Below are positions 1 to 9,819 of a DNA stretch of 64,000 bases, one piece after another. Origin of the DNA: Candidatus Woesebacteria bacterium (lineage in GTDB: Bacteria; Patescibacteriota; Saccharimonadia; Saccharimonadales; EFPC-124). Location of the stretch: assembly GCA_050115675.1 (NCBI GenBank), contig JASFQB010000004.1, positions 7,601 to 71,600 of the forward strand. The letters run 5' to 3'. The position numbers were made by a program, and so were the translations under genes. Within the stretch, counting starts at the first letter, position 1, and every line of letters starts with the position of its first letter. The notes beneath the pieces were generated by a model that saw only the letters and a program-made list of their open reading frames with translations, was not told where the DNA came from and ran no database searches.

Positions 1-1898
1 AGGTTCTTCCAGAAGAATTGCCATACGTTGAAGACATCATGACTAAGAAAAACCTAAACAAGGTGCTTTCAAAAGTATTTGAACTTTACGGGCAAGAAAA
101 AGCTGCCGAAACCGCAGACGCTATTAAGGACTTGTCTCTAGAATACGCAACAATGGCTGCCGTATCTACCGGTATGACCGATTACTTTGATGTTGACGGA
201 CTTGACGCCATCATCAAAGAAGGAGAAAGCAAGGCAACCAAAATTAGCGAGCAGTACGAAGCGGGTTTAATTACCGACGAAGAACGCTACAGCCTAACTG
301 TCCAAACCTGGCGCAACGTAGACAAGCAAATCAACGACTTGCTACAAAACGCGCTTGCAGACAAAGACACAAGTGTTAGCGTGATGGTCAACTCTGGTGC
401 CCGTGGCGACTTATCTAACGTCAAGCTTGCTACCGCAATGATTGGCGTAATGGTTGATGCAACGGGTAATGAAATTGAGTTGCCAATTAGAAGCAGCTAT
501 AAAAAAGGACTTTCTCCGCTTGAAGCCTTTGTGGCAACACGTGGTGCGCGCAAAGGTTTAATTGACACCGCGCTCAAGACTGCCGACTCTGGATATCTAA
601 CTCGTCGTTTGGTGGATGTGTCGCAAGACATCTTTACTATCGAGGACGACACGGAAGACAGTGGCTTTGCAGTTTACCGCTCAGAGACCGAAGAAACTAT
701 GGTTGATTTTGGCGACCGTCTATATGGACGCTACGCAGCTGAGGACATCAAGGGCCACGTTGCAAAGGGTGAGTTAATCACACGAGAAATCGCCAATGCA
801 ATTGACGCCGACGAAAAAGTAACTGAAGCCAAGATAATGAGCGCGCTGTCTTGCCAAAGCCTACGCGGCATTTCGCAAAAAAGCTACGGCATCGACATGG
901 CAACAGGCAAAATGGTTGCTCCATATCAACCTGTTGGAGTTATTGCGGCTCAGTCAGTTGGCGAACCTGGAACACAGCTAACCCTGCGAACTTTTCATGC
1001 AGGTGGTGTTGCCGGTGGTGACATTACCCAAGGTCTTCCGCGCGTGGACGAGCTATTCGAAGCCCGAGCGCCAAAGGGTCAAGCCTTCATGACTGAAGTT
1101 GGTGGCACTGTCGAGGTTTGGGAGGATGGCGAAAAATACATCATTCAGATCACCCCAGACAAAGGCCGAACCGACAAGCTAATACTTGAAGGTCGAAAAG
1201 CTCGCGTTAAAAGCGGCACCCAGGTACTTGCTGGCGACGTTCTAGCCGCCGACAAAGACGAATCCCGTCCACTTACAGCTGCATTTGACGGCGTTGTAGA
1301 AGTGACCAAAGAGCAAATCTTGCTATCAAGCATTAATCAAACCCCTGTACGATACGAAATCCCTGGATTCAAACAGCTTACTGTTAAATCTGGCGACCAC
1401 CTAGACGCAGGCGATCGATTAACAGCTGGTTCACTAAACCTGCACGATCTAATGAGACTTAAGGGCATTGAAGCAACTCAACGGTACATGATCAACGAAG
1501 TTCTGCGCATTTACACCGCACAGGGCCAGAACATTGCCGACAAGCACCTCGAGATCATTGTTCGCCAAATGTTCAGCCGCGTACAAATTGAAGACCCAGG
1601 TGATAGCCTATTTGTAACCGGCGACATCGTAAGCAAGGCTGCTGTTGTCGAAACCAACAAACAGCTTGTAGACGAAGGCAAAGAGCCTGCTCAGTTTATG
1701 CAGTTGCTCCTTGGTATAACTAAGGTTTCTATTTGGTCTGACTCGTTCTTGTCAGCTGCATCATTCCAAGACACAACTCGCGTCTTAATTAATGCAGCAA
1801 CAAGCGGTCGAGTAGATAGCCTATACGGCCTAAAGGAAAATGTGATCATTGGTCGCAAGATTCCAGTAGGTACTGGTGCAAGACAGCAAAAATCTTAA
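1..1898 (+). CDS. rpoC: DNA-directed RNA polymerase subunit beta' (C-terminal part; 5' end outside window)
   Basis: Frame open to window edge; beta' trigger-loop block GEPGTQLTLRTFHAGG and C-terminal NVIIGRKIPVGTG; precedes rpsL-rpsG-fusA. Confidence 0.95.
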   Translation, partial: VLPEELPYVEDIMTKKNLNKVLSKVFELYGQEKAAETADAIKDLSLEYATMAAVSTGMTDYFDVDGLDAIIKEGESKATKISEQYEAGLITDEERYSLTVQTWRNVDKQINDLLQNALADKDTSVSVMVNSGARGDLSNVKLATAMIGVMVDATGNEIELPIRSSYKKGLSPLEAFVATRGARKGLIDTALKTADSGYLTRRLVDVSQDIFTIEDDTEDSGFAVYRSETEETMVDFGDRLYGRYAAEDIKGHVAKGELITREIANAIDADEKVTEAKIMSALSCQSLRGISQKSYGIDMATGKMVAPYQPVGVIAAQSVGEPGTQLTLRTFHAGGVAGGDITQGLPRVDELFEARAPKGQAFMTEVGGTVEVWEDGEKYIIQITPDKGRTDKLILEGRKARVKSGTQVLAGDVLAADKDESRPLTAAFDGVVEVTKEQILLSSINQTPVRYEIPGFKQLTVKSGDHLDAGDRLTAGSLNLHDLMRLKGIEATQRYMINEVLRIYTAQGQNIADKHLEIIVRQMFSRVQIEDPGDSLFVTGDIVSKAAVVETNKQLVDEGKEPAQFMQLLLGITKVSIWSDSFLSAASFQDTTRVLINAATSGRVDSLYGLKENVIIGRKIPVGTGARQQKS

Positions 1899-1917
1899 AG
1901 ATAATCTATCTTAAGTC

Positions 1918-1950
1918 AAAAATCAGCCCATTATGGGCTGATTTTTGTTT
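1918..1950 (+). terminator. Rho-independent terminator after rpoC
   Basis: Stem aaaaatcagccc/gggctgattttt with 5-nt loop, followed by T-run. Confidence 0.75.
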
Positions 1951-1960
1951 TATAATTTTA

Positions 1961-2007
1961 TAAAAAATAGCCCGCCTAAACATTGCTATTACAAAGTTTA
2001 GGCGGGC
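1961..2007 (-). terminator. Terminator for the minus-strand orphan gene
   Basis: 12-bp stem gcccgcctaaac/gtttaggcgggc; T-rich tail on the minus strand. Confidence 0.6.
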
Positions 2008-2029
2008 AACGTTCAATGGCTAGCCTGGC

Positions 2030-2458
2030 TTAGGCGTTCTTTCTTTTTGGCCTTCTGCTTCTAAGCAGCCCAATAAGCTCATCACAGTTAGATTTCAACG
2101 CCCACCCGTTATTCATACATCGCCTAGCCTCATCAGGGCTAATTAATACGACTTTTCCCCTTGGCCAAAAAAGTTCACCAAAAGTGATTTTTACAATTCG
2201 CGGACGAAGCGTCCTTAAAAGTCCACCTCTGACTTGCTCGTCTTCAACGGCAAAACGCAAAGTAGAGCCTTGACTCATTCCTCTGCCCAAAGCGTTGTCA
2301 AATCCTGTCAGTTTAGCGCTTAAACAAAACACTCGACAAGCATCCGAAACCCTATCCACGATAGACAAAGCCGTGCTACTATCAAAATGCCCTGGCCCTA
2401 TAACAGTAACACTTCTAGACAAATGACTAAACGGATAGGCTCTTCTTTCGCTGCTCAT
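2030..2458 (-). CDS. Hypothetical protein (142 aa), antisense to the flanking rpoC/rpsL genes
   Basis: ORF with strong SD (aagggggctattATG on minus strand) and own terminator; no motif recognised. Confidence 0.6.
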   Translation of the reverse strand: MSSERRAYPFSHLSRSVTVIGPGHFDSSTALSIVDRVSDACRVFCLSAKLTGFDNALGRGMSQGSTLRFAVEDEQVRGGLLRTLRPRIVKITFGELFWPRGKVVLISPDEARRCMNNGWALKSNCDELIGLLRSRRPKRKNA

Positions 2459-2544
2459 AATAGCCCCCTTAATGGACTCGAGGATCTGAAGTATTATATA
2501 ATAACCGATCAGTAGTTACAACCCTCTGCTCGGCTGACCCACTG

Positions 2545-2573
2545 TTGCTCTCGCCACATTTTTAATGTATAAT
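2545..2573 (+). promoter_or_regulatory. Candidate sigma70-type promoter for rpsL-rpsG
   Basis: TTGCTC-17 nt-TATAAT with TG immediately upstream of the -10. Confidence 0.45.
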
Positions 2574-2669
2574 GTATAACGAGTTTCACGGTGATATGAT
2601 TAAGGTGTGGTGCTGACATAAAAACGCCTTTTCATTGAACTAGATTAACTAAAGAGGATTTTTGCTTTA

Positions 2670-3083
2670 ATGCCAACAATCAATCAGCTTATACGCAAGC
2701 CTCGCAAGACGGCTAAAAAACCAAGTAAATCTATTGCACTTGGGCGTATTCATAACACACTAAAAAATAAATACCTACCTATGGGCGCACCTCTAAAAAG
2801 AGGCGTTTGTTTAAAGGTCACTACGCGTACTCCACGTAAGCCAAACTCGGCTATGCGTAAGGTTGCTCGCGTTCGCCTAACAAATGGATATGAAGTTTGG
2901 GCCTACATTGGCGGCGAAGGACACAACCTCCAAGAGCACGCAGTTGTTTTGGTGCGTGGTGGACGCGTGCCCGACTTGCCAGGTGTGCGATATCATATTG
3001 TACGTGGCGCGCTTGACCTTCAGGGCGTTCAAAACCGCAAACAAGGTCGCTCTAAGTACGGCGCTAAAAAGGAGTCTAAGTAA
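2670..3083 (+). CDS. rpsL: 30S ribosomal protein S12
   Basis: [10 protein letters not shown]...[16 protein letters not shown]... classic uS12 sequence. Confidence 0.98.
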   Translation: MPTINQLIRKPRKTAKKPSKSIALGRIHNTLKNKYLPMGAPLKRGVCLKVTTRTPRKPNSAMRKVARVRLTNGYEVWAYIGGEGHNLQEHAVVLVRGGRVPDLPGVRYHIVRGALDLQGVQNRKQGRSKYGAKKESK

Positions 3084-3559
3084 TGCGTAAAGTTACAAAA
3101 TCTCTACAACGCAAACTCACTCCTGATCGCAAGTATAACAGCATTTTAATTCAGCGCTTGATCAATAAAAGCATGCGTGACGGCAAAAAGCAGATAGCAG
3201 AAAATGCCGTCTACGAAGCTCTAGACATTGCCTGCAAAAAGCTAAAAAGCGATAACGCAGCAGAAGTTTTCGAAAAAGCTATCAAAAATGTTTACCCATC
3301 AGTTGAGGTTAAAAGCCGACGCGTTGGCGGCGCAAACTATCAAATTCCATTCCCAGTGCAGGGCCATAGGCAGCAGCACTTAGCGTTTATGTGGTTTGTA
3401 CAAGCTGCACGCGCACGCAAAGGCATGCCTTATGCTGAGCGTTTGGCAGCAGAAATTGTTGACGCCAACAACCAAGCTGGTGCAGCCTTCAAAAAGAAAG
3501 AAGACACTCACCGAATGGCCGAAGCAAACCGCGCATTTGCGCACTTTGCTCGAGGCTAA
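3083..3559 (+). CDS. rpsG: 30S ribosomal protein S7
   Basis: uS7-like sequence, start overlaps rpsL stop (TAATG), canonical order. Confidence 0.97.
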   Translation: MRKVTKSLQRKLTPDRKYNSILIQRLINKSMRDGKKQIAENAVYEALDIACKKLKSDNAAEVFEKAIKNVYPSVEVKSRRVGGANYQIPFPVQGHRQQHLAFMWFVQAARARKGMPYAERLAAEIVDANNQAGAAFKKKEDTHRMAEANRAFAHFARG

Positions 3560-3579
3560 TCTCAGCAAAAACTGCCACA

Positions 3580-3607
3580 AAAAGCACCCAATACTGGGTG
3601 CTTTTTG
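3580..3607 (+). terminator. Rho-independent terminator after rpsG
   Basis: Stem agcaccca/tgggtgct, loop atac, then TTTT. Confidence 0.7.
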
Positions 3608-3707
3608 TAGTTTCGTGCACATATTTTTACAAATGTATATTTACATATCGTGAAAGTCGGTTTATTGTATATAAGCCAATACGCAAAAACTGATTAGGGA
3701 GAGCAAA

Positions 3708-3833
3708 ATGGCAAACTGCAAAACACCACAGCAGTGCGTATGCAAATGCAAAGAATGCAAACCAACTGACGGCAGCACAATTGCAACACACTGCTGGGAG
3801 CACAGCCGAGGATGTCATAAAGCATGTAAATAA
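3708..3833 (+). CDS. Unannotated 41-aa cysteine/histidine-rich peptide (MANCKTPQQCVCKCKECKPTDGSTIATHCWEHSRGCHKACK)
   Basis: Hand translation; SD agggagag 6-7 nt upstream of ATG; 8 Cys + 3 His; bracketed by two terminators; below the ORF-track length cut-off. Confidence 0.6.
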   Translation: MANCKTPQQCVCKCKECKPTDGSTIATHCWEHSRGCHKACK

Positions 3834-3842
3834 GACCGGCTT

Positions 3843-3880
3843 GCCGCGCGCGTTATATTTTACGCGTGCGGCCTTTTACT
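3843..3880 (+). terminator. Rho-independent terminator after the Cys-rich micro-ORF
   Basis: 11-bp GC-rich stem (gccgcgcgcgt/acgcgtgcggc incl. one G-U) followed by CTTTT. Confidence 0.7.
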
Positions 3881-3979
3881 TAGTCGCCACTGGTAAATTA
3901 TAACTATATCTGCTACAATAAACGACAAACGTCTTTTTGCGTGTCAAAAAGAGAGACAAATAACTATAACGAGGATAAC

Positions 3980-6058
3980 ATGGCAACAATCTCCCTAAAA
4001 CAATTTCGCAACATCGGCATTATTGCCCACATCGACGCAGGTAAAACAACCACAACCGAAGGCATTTTGTACCGCACTGGCCTAAGCCACAAAATTGGCG
4101 CCGTGCACGAAGGCGAAACAACTACCGACTGGATGGAACAAGAGCGTGAACGCGGCATCACCATTACCAGTGCAGCCGTAACTTGCTTTTGGAAAGAGCA
4201 CAAAATCAACATTATCGACACCCCAGGCCACATTGACTTTACAGCCGAGGTAGAGCGTTCTTTGCGCGTTTTAGACGGCGCTGTTGTTGTATTTGACGGC
4301 AAAATGGGAGTAGAGGCCCAAACCGAAACAGTTTGGCGCCAGGCTAACAAGTATAACGTTCCTCGCGTTTGCTTCATCAACAAGATCAACCAAACCGGTG
4401 GTGATTTTTACAAATCACTAGAAAGCATTCACCACCGCCTAAGCAAGCGAGCTTTGCCCATTCACTTGCCAATTGGCTTTGAGCAAGGTGTCTGTGGTGT
4501 CGTAGACCTAGTTAGCATGAAGGCTTACACCTACAAAGAGTTTGCAGATCACGCACTTATCGAAGGCGAAATTCCTGCAGACATGCTAGAAAAAGCTAAA
4601 AACGCACGCACACTGCTTGTCGAAGCTGCTGTAGAGGCAGATGACGCATTATTTGAAAAATATCTAGAAAACGGCGAAGAATCAATTTCTGAAGGCGAAC
4701 TAAAAAGCGCACTACGTAAATCTGTGCTGTCTGGCGAATTTTACATCGTAACTGGCGGTGATGGCCGCGGCGTTATTGTAGAAAAAGTCCTAGACCTTGT
4801 TGTAGACTATCTACCAAGTCCACTTGACGTTGGTTCTGTTTGGGGTACAAATCCAAAAACTGGCGACCAAGTTGAGAGAAAGCCAGAAGATAGCGAAGCT
4901 ATGGCTGCCCTGGCATTTAAAGTTGCAACCGACCCATTTGTTGGTAAGCTTATCTTTGTTCGTGTTTACAGCGGCAAATTAAGCGCAGGTAGCTACATTT
5001 ACAACGCCACAACTGGTAACAAAGAGCGCGTTGGACGCTTGTTGCGTATGCACGCCGACAAACGCGAAGACATTACCGAAATTGGCGCAGGCGACATTGC
5101 TGCAATCGTTGGACTTAAAGACACAACAACCGGCACAACTCTTTGCGACGCAGCCAATCCTATCATACTTGAAAGCATTGACTTCCCTGAGCCACCAGTA
5201 AGCATTGCCATTGAACCAAAAACTAAAGCCGACCAAGAAAAAATGGGTATTGCCCTTCAGAGACTGGCCGAAGAAGACCCAACCTTCCGCGTACGTTCAG
5301 ATGAAGAAACCGGCCAAACAATTATTAGCGGTATGGGCGAACTTCACTTAGAAATCATTGTAGACCGCATGAAGCGAGAATTTAAAGTCGAAGCCAACAT
5401 TGGACAGCCCCAGGTTGCCTATCGAGAAGCAATTAAAAAGCAAGTCGAAATCGAAGGCAAATACATTAAGCAATCTGGTGGTCGCGGTCAATACGGTCAC
5501 GTATGGTTGCGAATTGAGCCAAACGAAACTGGCAAAGGCTTTGAATTCTTTGACGAAATCAAAGGCGGCGTTGTTCCTCAAGAATATCGCAACCCTGTTA
5601 AAAACGGTATCGAAGAGACACTTAAAAACGGTGTCATGGCTGGATACCCAGTAGTTGACGTAAAAGCAACTCTTTACGACGGTAGCTATCACGATGTTGA
5701 CTCAAGCGAAATGGCCTTTAAAATGGCCGGTGCGCTTGCAGCCAAAGAGGGCGTTAAAAAGGCTGCCCCAGTTTTGCTTGAACCAGTAATGAAGGTTGTG
5801 GTTGTGACTCCAGAGGAATTCATGGGTGATGTAATTGGCGGCCTAAATAGCAAACGCGGCCGCATTGAAAGCATGGAGGATTTAGCTGGTGGAACCAAAG
5901 AAATTACTGCGATGGTGCCATTGGCAGAGATGTTTGGCTACACAACAACTCTACGAAGCTCAACTCAAGGCCGAGCAAGCTCAAGTATGGAACTGGCCCA
6001 GTACGAGGAAGTTCCACCAAACGTAGCCGAAGCTGTTATTGCAAAACGCGCTGCCTAA
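3980..6058 (+). CDS. fusA: Elongation factor G
   Basis: [18 protein letters not shown]-domain, full EF-G length (692 aa from ATG 3980, SD gagga upstream; ORF-track start 3941 probably too early). Confidence 0.97.
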   Translation: MATISLKQFRNIGIIAHIDAGKTTTTEGILYRTGLSHKIGAVHEGETTTDWMEQERERGITITSAAVTCFWKEHKINIIDTPGHIDFTAEVERSLRVLDGAVVVFDGKMGVEAQTETVWRQANKYNVPRVCFINKINQTGGDFYKSLESIHHRLSKRALPIHLPIGFEQGVCGVVDLVSMKAYTYKEFADHALIEGEIPADMLEKAKNARTLLVEAAVEADDALFEKYLENGEESISEGELKSALRKSVLSGEFYIVTGGDGRGVIVEKVLDLVVDYLPSPLDVGSVWGTNPKTGDQVERKPEDSEAMAALAFKVATDPFVGKLIFVRVYSGKLSAGSYIYNATTGNKERVGRLLRMHADKREDITEIGAGDIAAIVGLKDTTTGTTLCDAANPIILESIDFPEPPVSIAIEPKTKADQEKMGIALQRLAEEDPTFRVRSDEETGQTIISGMGELHLEIIVDRMKREFKVEANIGQPQVAYREAIKKQVEIEGKYIKQSGGRGQYGHVWLRIEPNETGKGFEFFDEIKGGVVPQEYRNPVKNGIEETLKNGVMAGYPVVDVKATLYDGSYHDVDSSEMAFKMAGALAAKEGVKKAAPVLLEPVMKVVVVTPEEFMGDVIGGLNSKRGRIESMEDLAGGTKEITAMVPLAEMFGYTTTLRSSTQGRASSSMELAQYEEVPPNVAEAVIAKRAA

Positions 6059-6159
6059 AGATTGATATTGCAAAGTGTAAAAATGCGACTTTGTTAAACA
6101 AATTAATTAATTACGCTATACTTTTAATGTAAGTCATTAATAAACGAGGGTAATTAATT

Positions 6160-7227
6160 ATGGCAAATAAATCTTTATGTTTAAGTTATCGCAGTTGGTC
6201 TGAATATCAATGGCCAACCACTTTAGATGCAATATACACTGACGGTGGCAGAGTTAATTTACAATACTACAACGTAAGGGACCCGTATTATTGCTACTCG
6301 TACTCATCAACTTGGAGTTCAAAATCTTGGAACGTGGGCGCAACAGGAACACCAGCTACGTCCATTAGAAACAGCGGCAAAGATGTAGGTATATTTTATA
6401 GATCCGGCGTTAAAGGTGAGGCAATATCTTGCATTAGCTGGGATTCTGGATCAACAAAATACGAGGCAGGCTGGTCAGAAAAACCAGAGATAATTGTGTC
6501 ACGCGACGTAGCTTTTGACCCAGGAGCGGTTGGACGCGACTCTACCCACATTGAGCTTGTCTGGACAAGCTCAGCAGGGGCGCTAAAACGTAGAGGCTGG
6601 GATTATGGCGAGGGTGGCTGGATGCCAATTGGCGAAATAATGCACGCCGACATTGTCAGCACCCCAAGCATTGTGTCACGAAACCCTACTTCCATGGACG
6701 GCGTTGCAATAAAAAACAATGGCGACCTTGTTCATTTTTGGTGGGATGTTAAGTATAGCCAGAATAGCGGATGGCAGTGGGAGACGTGGGGAGTAAATGC
6801 AACTGGCAACCCAGCGATTATCAACCCCGACAACGACTCTTACTGCTGCCTTTGCCGCAACGGACAAGGTCAGCTTGTAGTGCATAATTGGTCGAGCATC
6901 TCTGGGCACAGCCAAAAAGTAATCCCGGCAAAAATGAACAGCGACCCTGCGGCACTGTCATTGCGAGGGGCAATATACGTTGTTTATGTAGAAACCAACG
7001 GCGACCTCGTAATTCTACGCACCGACACAGAACAAAAACAAGTACTATTTAAGGGCAATGCACTTGCAAGCACACCACGAATAAGCATTGCTGAACACTC
7101 ACAGTTCCATACATTCACCTACATAATGCCTGAGATAGTTTTCTGGGATAAGAACAGCAAGCTAAGACGAATCAATGTGAATCCACAGATGGCAGTAATT
7201 ACCAGCGAGACCTTACCTTCAGTATAG
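6160..7227 (+). CDS. Hypothetical repeat protein, probable 7-bladed beta-propeller (lectin-like), no signal peptide
   Basis: ~50-aa internal periodicity with recurring [ST]-P...G-L/I-V/I-hydrophobic...W motifs (e.g. NNGDLVHFWWD, GQGQLVVHNW, TNGDLVILRTD). Confidence 0.55.
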   Translation: MANKSLCLSYRSWSEYQWPTTLDAIYTDGGRVNLQYYNVRDPYYCYSYSSTWSSKSWNVGATGTPATSIRNSGKDVGIFYRSGVKGEAISCISWDSGSTKYEAGWSEKPEIIVSRDVAFDPGAVGRDSTHIELVWTSSAGALKRRGWDYGEGGWMPIGEIMHADIVSTPSIVSRNPTSMDGVAIKNNGDLVHFWWDVKYSQNSGWQWETWGVNATGNPAIINPDNDSYCCLCRNGQGQLVVHNWSSISGHSQKVIPAKMNSDPAALSLRGAIYVVYVETNGDLVILRTDTEQKQVLFKGNALASTPRISIAEHSQFHTFTYIMPEIVFWDKNSKLRRINVNPQMAVITSETLPSV

Positions 7228-7247
7228 TTTTACAAAATGTACAACAT

Positions 7248-7279
7248 AAAGAAGCTTCTACTTTGGAGCTTCTTTTGTT
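7248..7279 (+). terminator. Terminator after the propeller gene
   Basis: Stem aaagaagctt/gagcttcttt, T-rich tail. Confidence 0.6.
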
Positions 7280-7317
7280 AGTATATAATTACCACATATT
7301 AAGGACGTATCAGCAAC

Positions 7318-8433
7318 ATGAAAAGCCAACTTCCACAGCCGAATTCCTACATAAAACAGATCGCAACGTACAAGACAGGCCTGTCAACCGGCGAATTGGC
7401 AAGCATGCTCAATAAACCTTTAGATCAAATTGTGCGACTTGCAGCCAACGAAAATCCGCACGGCCCAAGCCCTAAAGTCCAAGAAGTTATTAGAAACTAT
7501 GCAAAAGATATGTCAAGATATCCTGAGGTGCACGTATTACAAAAAGGCATTGCCAATTACCTTAAAGTTGACCCGCGTAGCGTAATCGTTGGCAACGGAT
7601 CTTGCGAAATACTAGAGATAATTGCCCGTGCATTTTTGCAAGTTGGCGATGACTCAATTTTTCCAGAGCAATCTTTTGTTGTATACAAACTGGCTAGCCA
7701 ATACATGGGTGCAAATTGCATATCTATTAAGTCCAAGCCCGGCTATGCAGATGACCTTGACGGCATGCTGGCTGCAATAACACCAAAAACACGCGTGATG
7801 TGGCTTGCTAACATCAACAATCCAACAGGCAATTTTACGTCGTACAAAGAAGTAAAAAAATTCATAAAAAGCATTCCATCAAGAATTGTCATAGTGCTAG
7901 ATGAAGCATATTTTGAGTATCTTGACCCAAAAGAAGTCGAGGACTCACTACAGTGGATTTATGAATTCCCTAATTTAATAGTCACCAGAACATTCTCTAA
8001 AGTTTATGGACTGGCAGGCCTGCGCATTGGCTATGGGGTAGGAGCACCCGTCATAATTGACTCACTACAACAAATGCGTGGCCCATATAACTGCAACAAC
8101 ATGAGCGTTATAGCAGCACTAAAATCACTAGAAGACAAGGACTACGTGAATCTGAGCCGCAAAGCAAATTCTGAAGGCCTAAAGCAGATTACAAAAGGAC
8201 TAGACAGAATTGGTTACAAATATCTGCCCACAAAAGGCAATTTTGTATCCGTAAATGTAGGCAATGCAAGCAAGGTTGCAAAAGCACTAATCAATGAGGG
8301 AATAGTAGTTTTGCCTCTAAACGGCTACAATATGCCAGAATATATAAGAGTAAGCGTTGGACTAAAAAGCGAAAATTCTAAGCTACTTGAGGGATTATTA
8401 AAAATCAAAAGCACTAAAGACTTTACTTTATAA
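7318..8433 (+). CDS. hisC: Histidinol-phosphate/aromatic aminotransferase (class II PLP aminotransferase)
   Basis: [28 protein letters not shown] and [18 protein letters not shown] (PLP-Lys) motifs typical of HisC. Confidence 0.8.
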   Translation: MKSQLPQPNSYIKQIATYKTGLSTGELASMLNKPLDQIVRLAANENPHGPSPKVQEVIRNYAKDMSRYPEVHVLQKGIANYLKVDPRSVIVGNGSCEILEIIARAFLQVGDDSIFPEQSFVVYKLASQYMGANCISIKSKPGYADDLDGMLAAITPKTRVMWLANINNPTGNFTSYKEVKKFIKSIPSRIVIVLDEAYFEYLDPKEVEDSLQWIYEFPNLIVTRTFSKVYGLAGLRIGYGVGAPVIIDSLQQMRGPYNCNNMSVIAALKSLEDKDYVNLSRKANSEGLKQITKGLDRIGYKYLPTKGNFVSVNVGNASKVAKALINEGIVVLPLNGYNMPEYIRVSVGLKSENSKLLEGLLKIKSTKDFTL

Positions 8434-8522
8434 GAGTAAAACATTATAATTTCAGCATACGCCTTGAGGCGGTTTTACTGCCTAATGCGAATAAAAATAA
8501 TATTAAGGAGAACTACATTACA

Positions 8523-9707
8523 ATGGCAGGATCATTTGACCGAAGTAAGCCACACGTAAACGTAGGTACCATGGGTCACGTTGACCACGGTAAGACCACT
8601 TTGACCGCTGCTATCACTGCAGTTTTGGCAAAGCGCCTTCCAAGCGAAGTCAACAAACCTATCGCCTACGACCAAATTGACAACGCACCTGAAGAGCGAC
8701 AGCGTGGTATTACCATCGCTACTTCTCACCAGGAGTACGAGTCAGAAAAGCGCCACTACGCGCACGTTGACATGCCTGGTCACGCCGACTACGTTAAGAA
8801 CATGATTACCGGTGCCGCTCAGGTTGACGGTGCTATTCTTGTTGTTAGCGCAGCTGACGGCCCAATGCCACAAACCCGCGAGCACGTTCTACTTGCTCAC
8901 CAGGTTGGTGTGCCTAAAATCATTGTCTTCCTAAACAAGATGGACATGGCCGACGCAGAACTAGTTGAACTAGTTGAAGAAGACGTTCGTGACCTTCTTG
9001 CTAAGAATGGCTTTGACCGCGACTGCCCAATTATCAAGGGCTCAGCTCTTAAAGCTCTAGAGGGCGACACCGCCAACGAAGACGCAATTATGGAACTTGT
9101 TAAAGCTATGGACGACTACATCGAGGAGCCCGTTCGTGACCTAGACAAGCCATTCCTAATGCCAATCGAAGACGTCTTTTCAATTAAAGGTCGTGGCACA
9201 GTTGCTACCGGCCGTATTGAGCAAGGTATCGTAAAAATCAACGACGAAGTTGAAATCGTTGGTATTCGACCAAACCAAAAGAGTGTTGTAACCGGTGTTG
9301 AGGCCTTCAAGAAGAGTCTTGACCAAGGACAAGCTGGCGACAACGCTGGCCTGTTGCTTCGAGGTGTCGAGCGCGACCAAATTGAGCGTGGTCAGGTTAT
9401 TGCAAAACCAGGCAGCATTACTCCACACACCGAGTTTGACGCCGAAGTTTACGTTTTAACCAAAGAAGAAGGCGGACGTCATACTCCATTCTTCAAGGGC
9501 TACAAGCCTCAGTTCTACTTCCGCACAACGGACGTAACTGGTGAGGTTGAGCTTCCAGCAGACAAAGAAATGGTAATGCCAGGTGACACAGTAACCTTTA
9601 AAGTTAAACTGCTTTCACCGATTGCCATGGACCAAGGTCTAACGTTTGCTATCCGCGAAGGTGGCCGAACTGTTGGTGCTGGCGTTGTAACCAAAATCAA
9701 CAAATAA
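8523..9707 (+). CDS. tuf: Elongation factor Tu
   Basis: [27 protein letters not shown] motifs; 394 aa. Confidence 0.98.
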   Translation: MAGSFDRSKPHVNVGTMGHVDHGKTTLTAAITAVLAKRLPSEVNKPIAYDQIDNAPEERQRGITIATSHQEYESEKRHYAHVDMPGHADYVKNMITGAAQVDGAILVVSAADGPMPQTREHVLLAHQVGVPKIIVFLNKMDMADAELVELVEEDVRDLLAKNGFDRDCPIIKGSALKALEGDTANEDAIMELVKAMDDYIEEPVRDLDKPFLMPIEDVFSIKGRGTVATGRIEQGIVKINDEVEIVGIRPNQKSVVTGVEAFKKSLDQGQAGDNAGLLLRGVERDQIERGQVIAKPGSITPHTEFDAEVYVLTKEEGGRHTPFFKGYKPQFYFRTTDVTGEVELPADKEMVMPGDTVTFKVKLLSPIAMDQGLTFAIREGGRTVGAGVVTKINK

Positions 9708-9724
9708 TTTGCTACTAGCAAATC

Positions 9725-9763
9725 AATAACAAAAGAGGCCCGAACAAGGCCTCTTTTGTTATT
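9725..9763 (+). terminator. Terminator after tuf
   Basis: Long perfect stem aataacaaaagaggcc/ggcctcttttgttatt. Confidence 0.8.
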
Positions 9764-9819
9764 GGTCATTTTTTAAAAAACTGCGACATACATAACAAAA
9801 TAGTTATATACTTAAGAAA

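Noticed and set aside
3627-3818. 63-aa minus-strand ORF between rpsG and fusA
   Set aside because: It has no SD and a hydrophobic Cys/Ala/Phe-rich nonsense-like sequence. The plus-strand 41-aa Cys/His peptide with an SD and a flanking terminator explains the region better.
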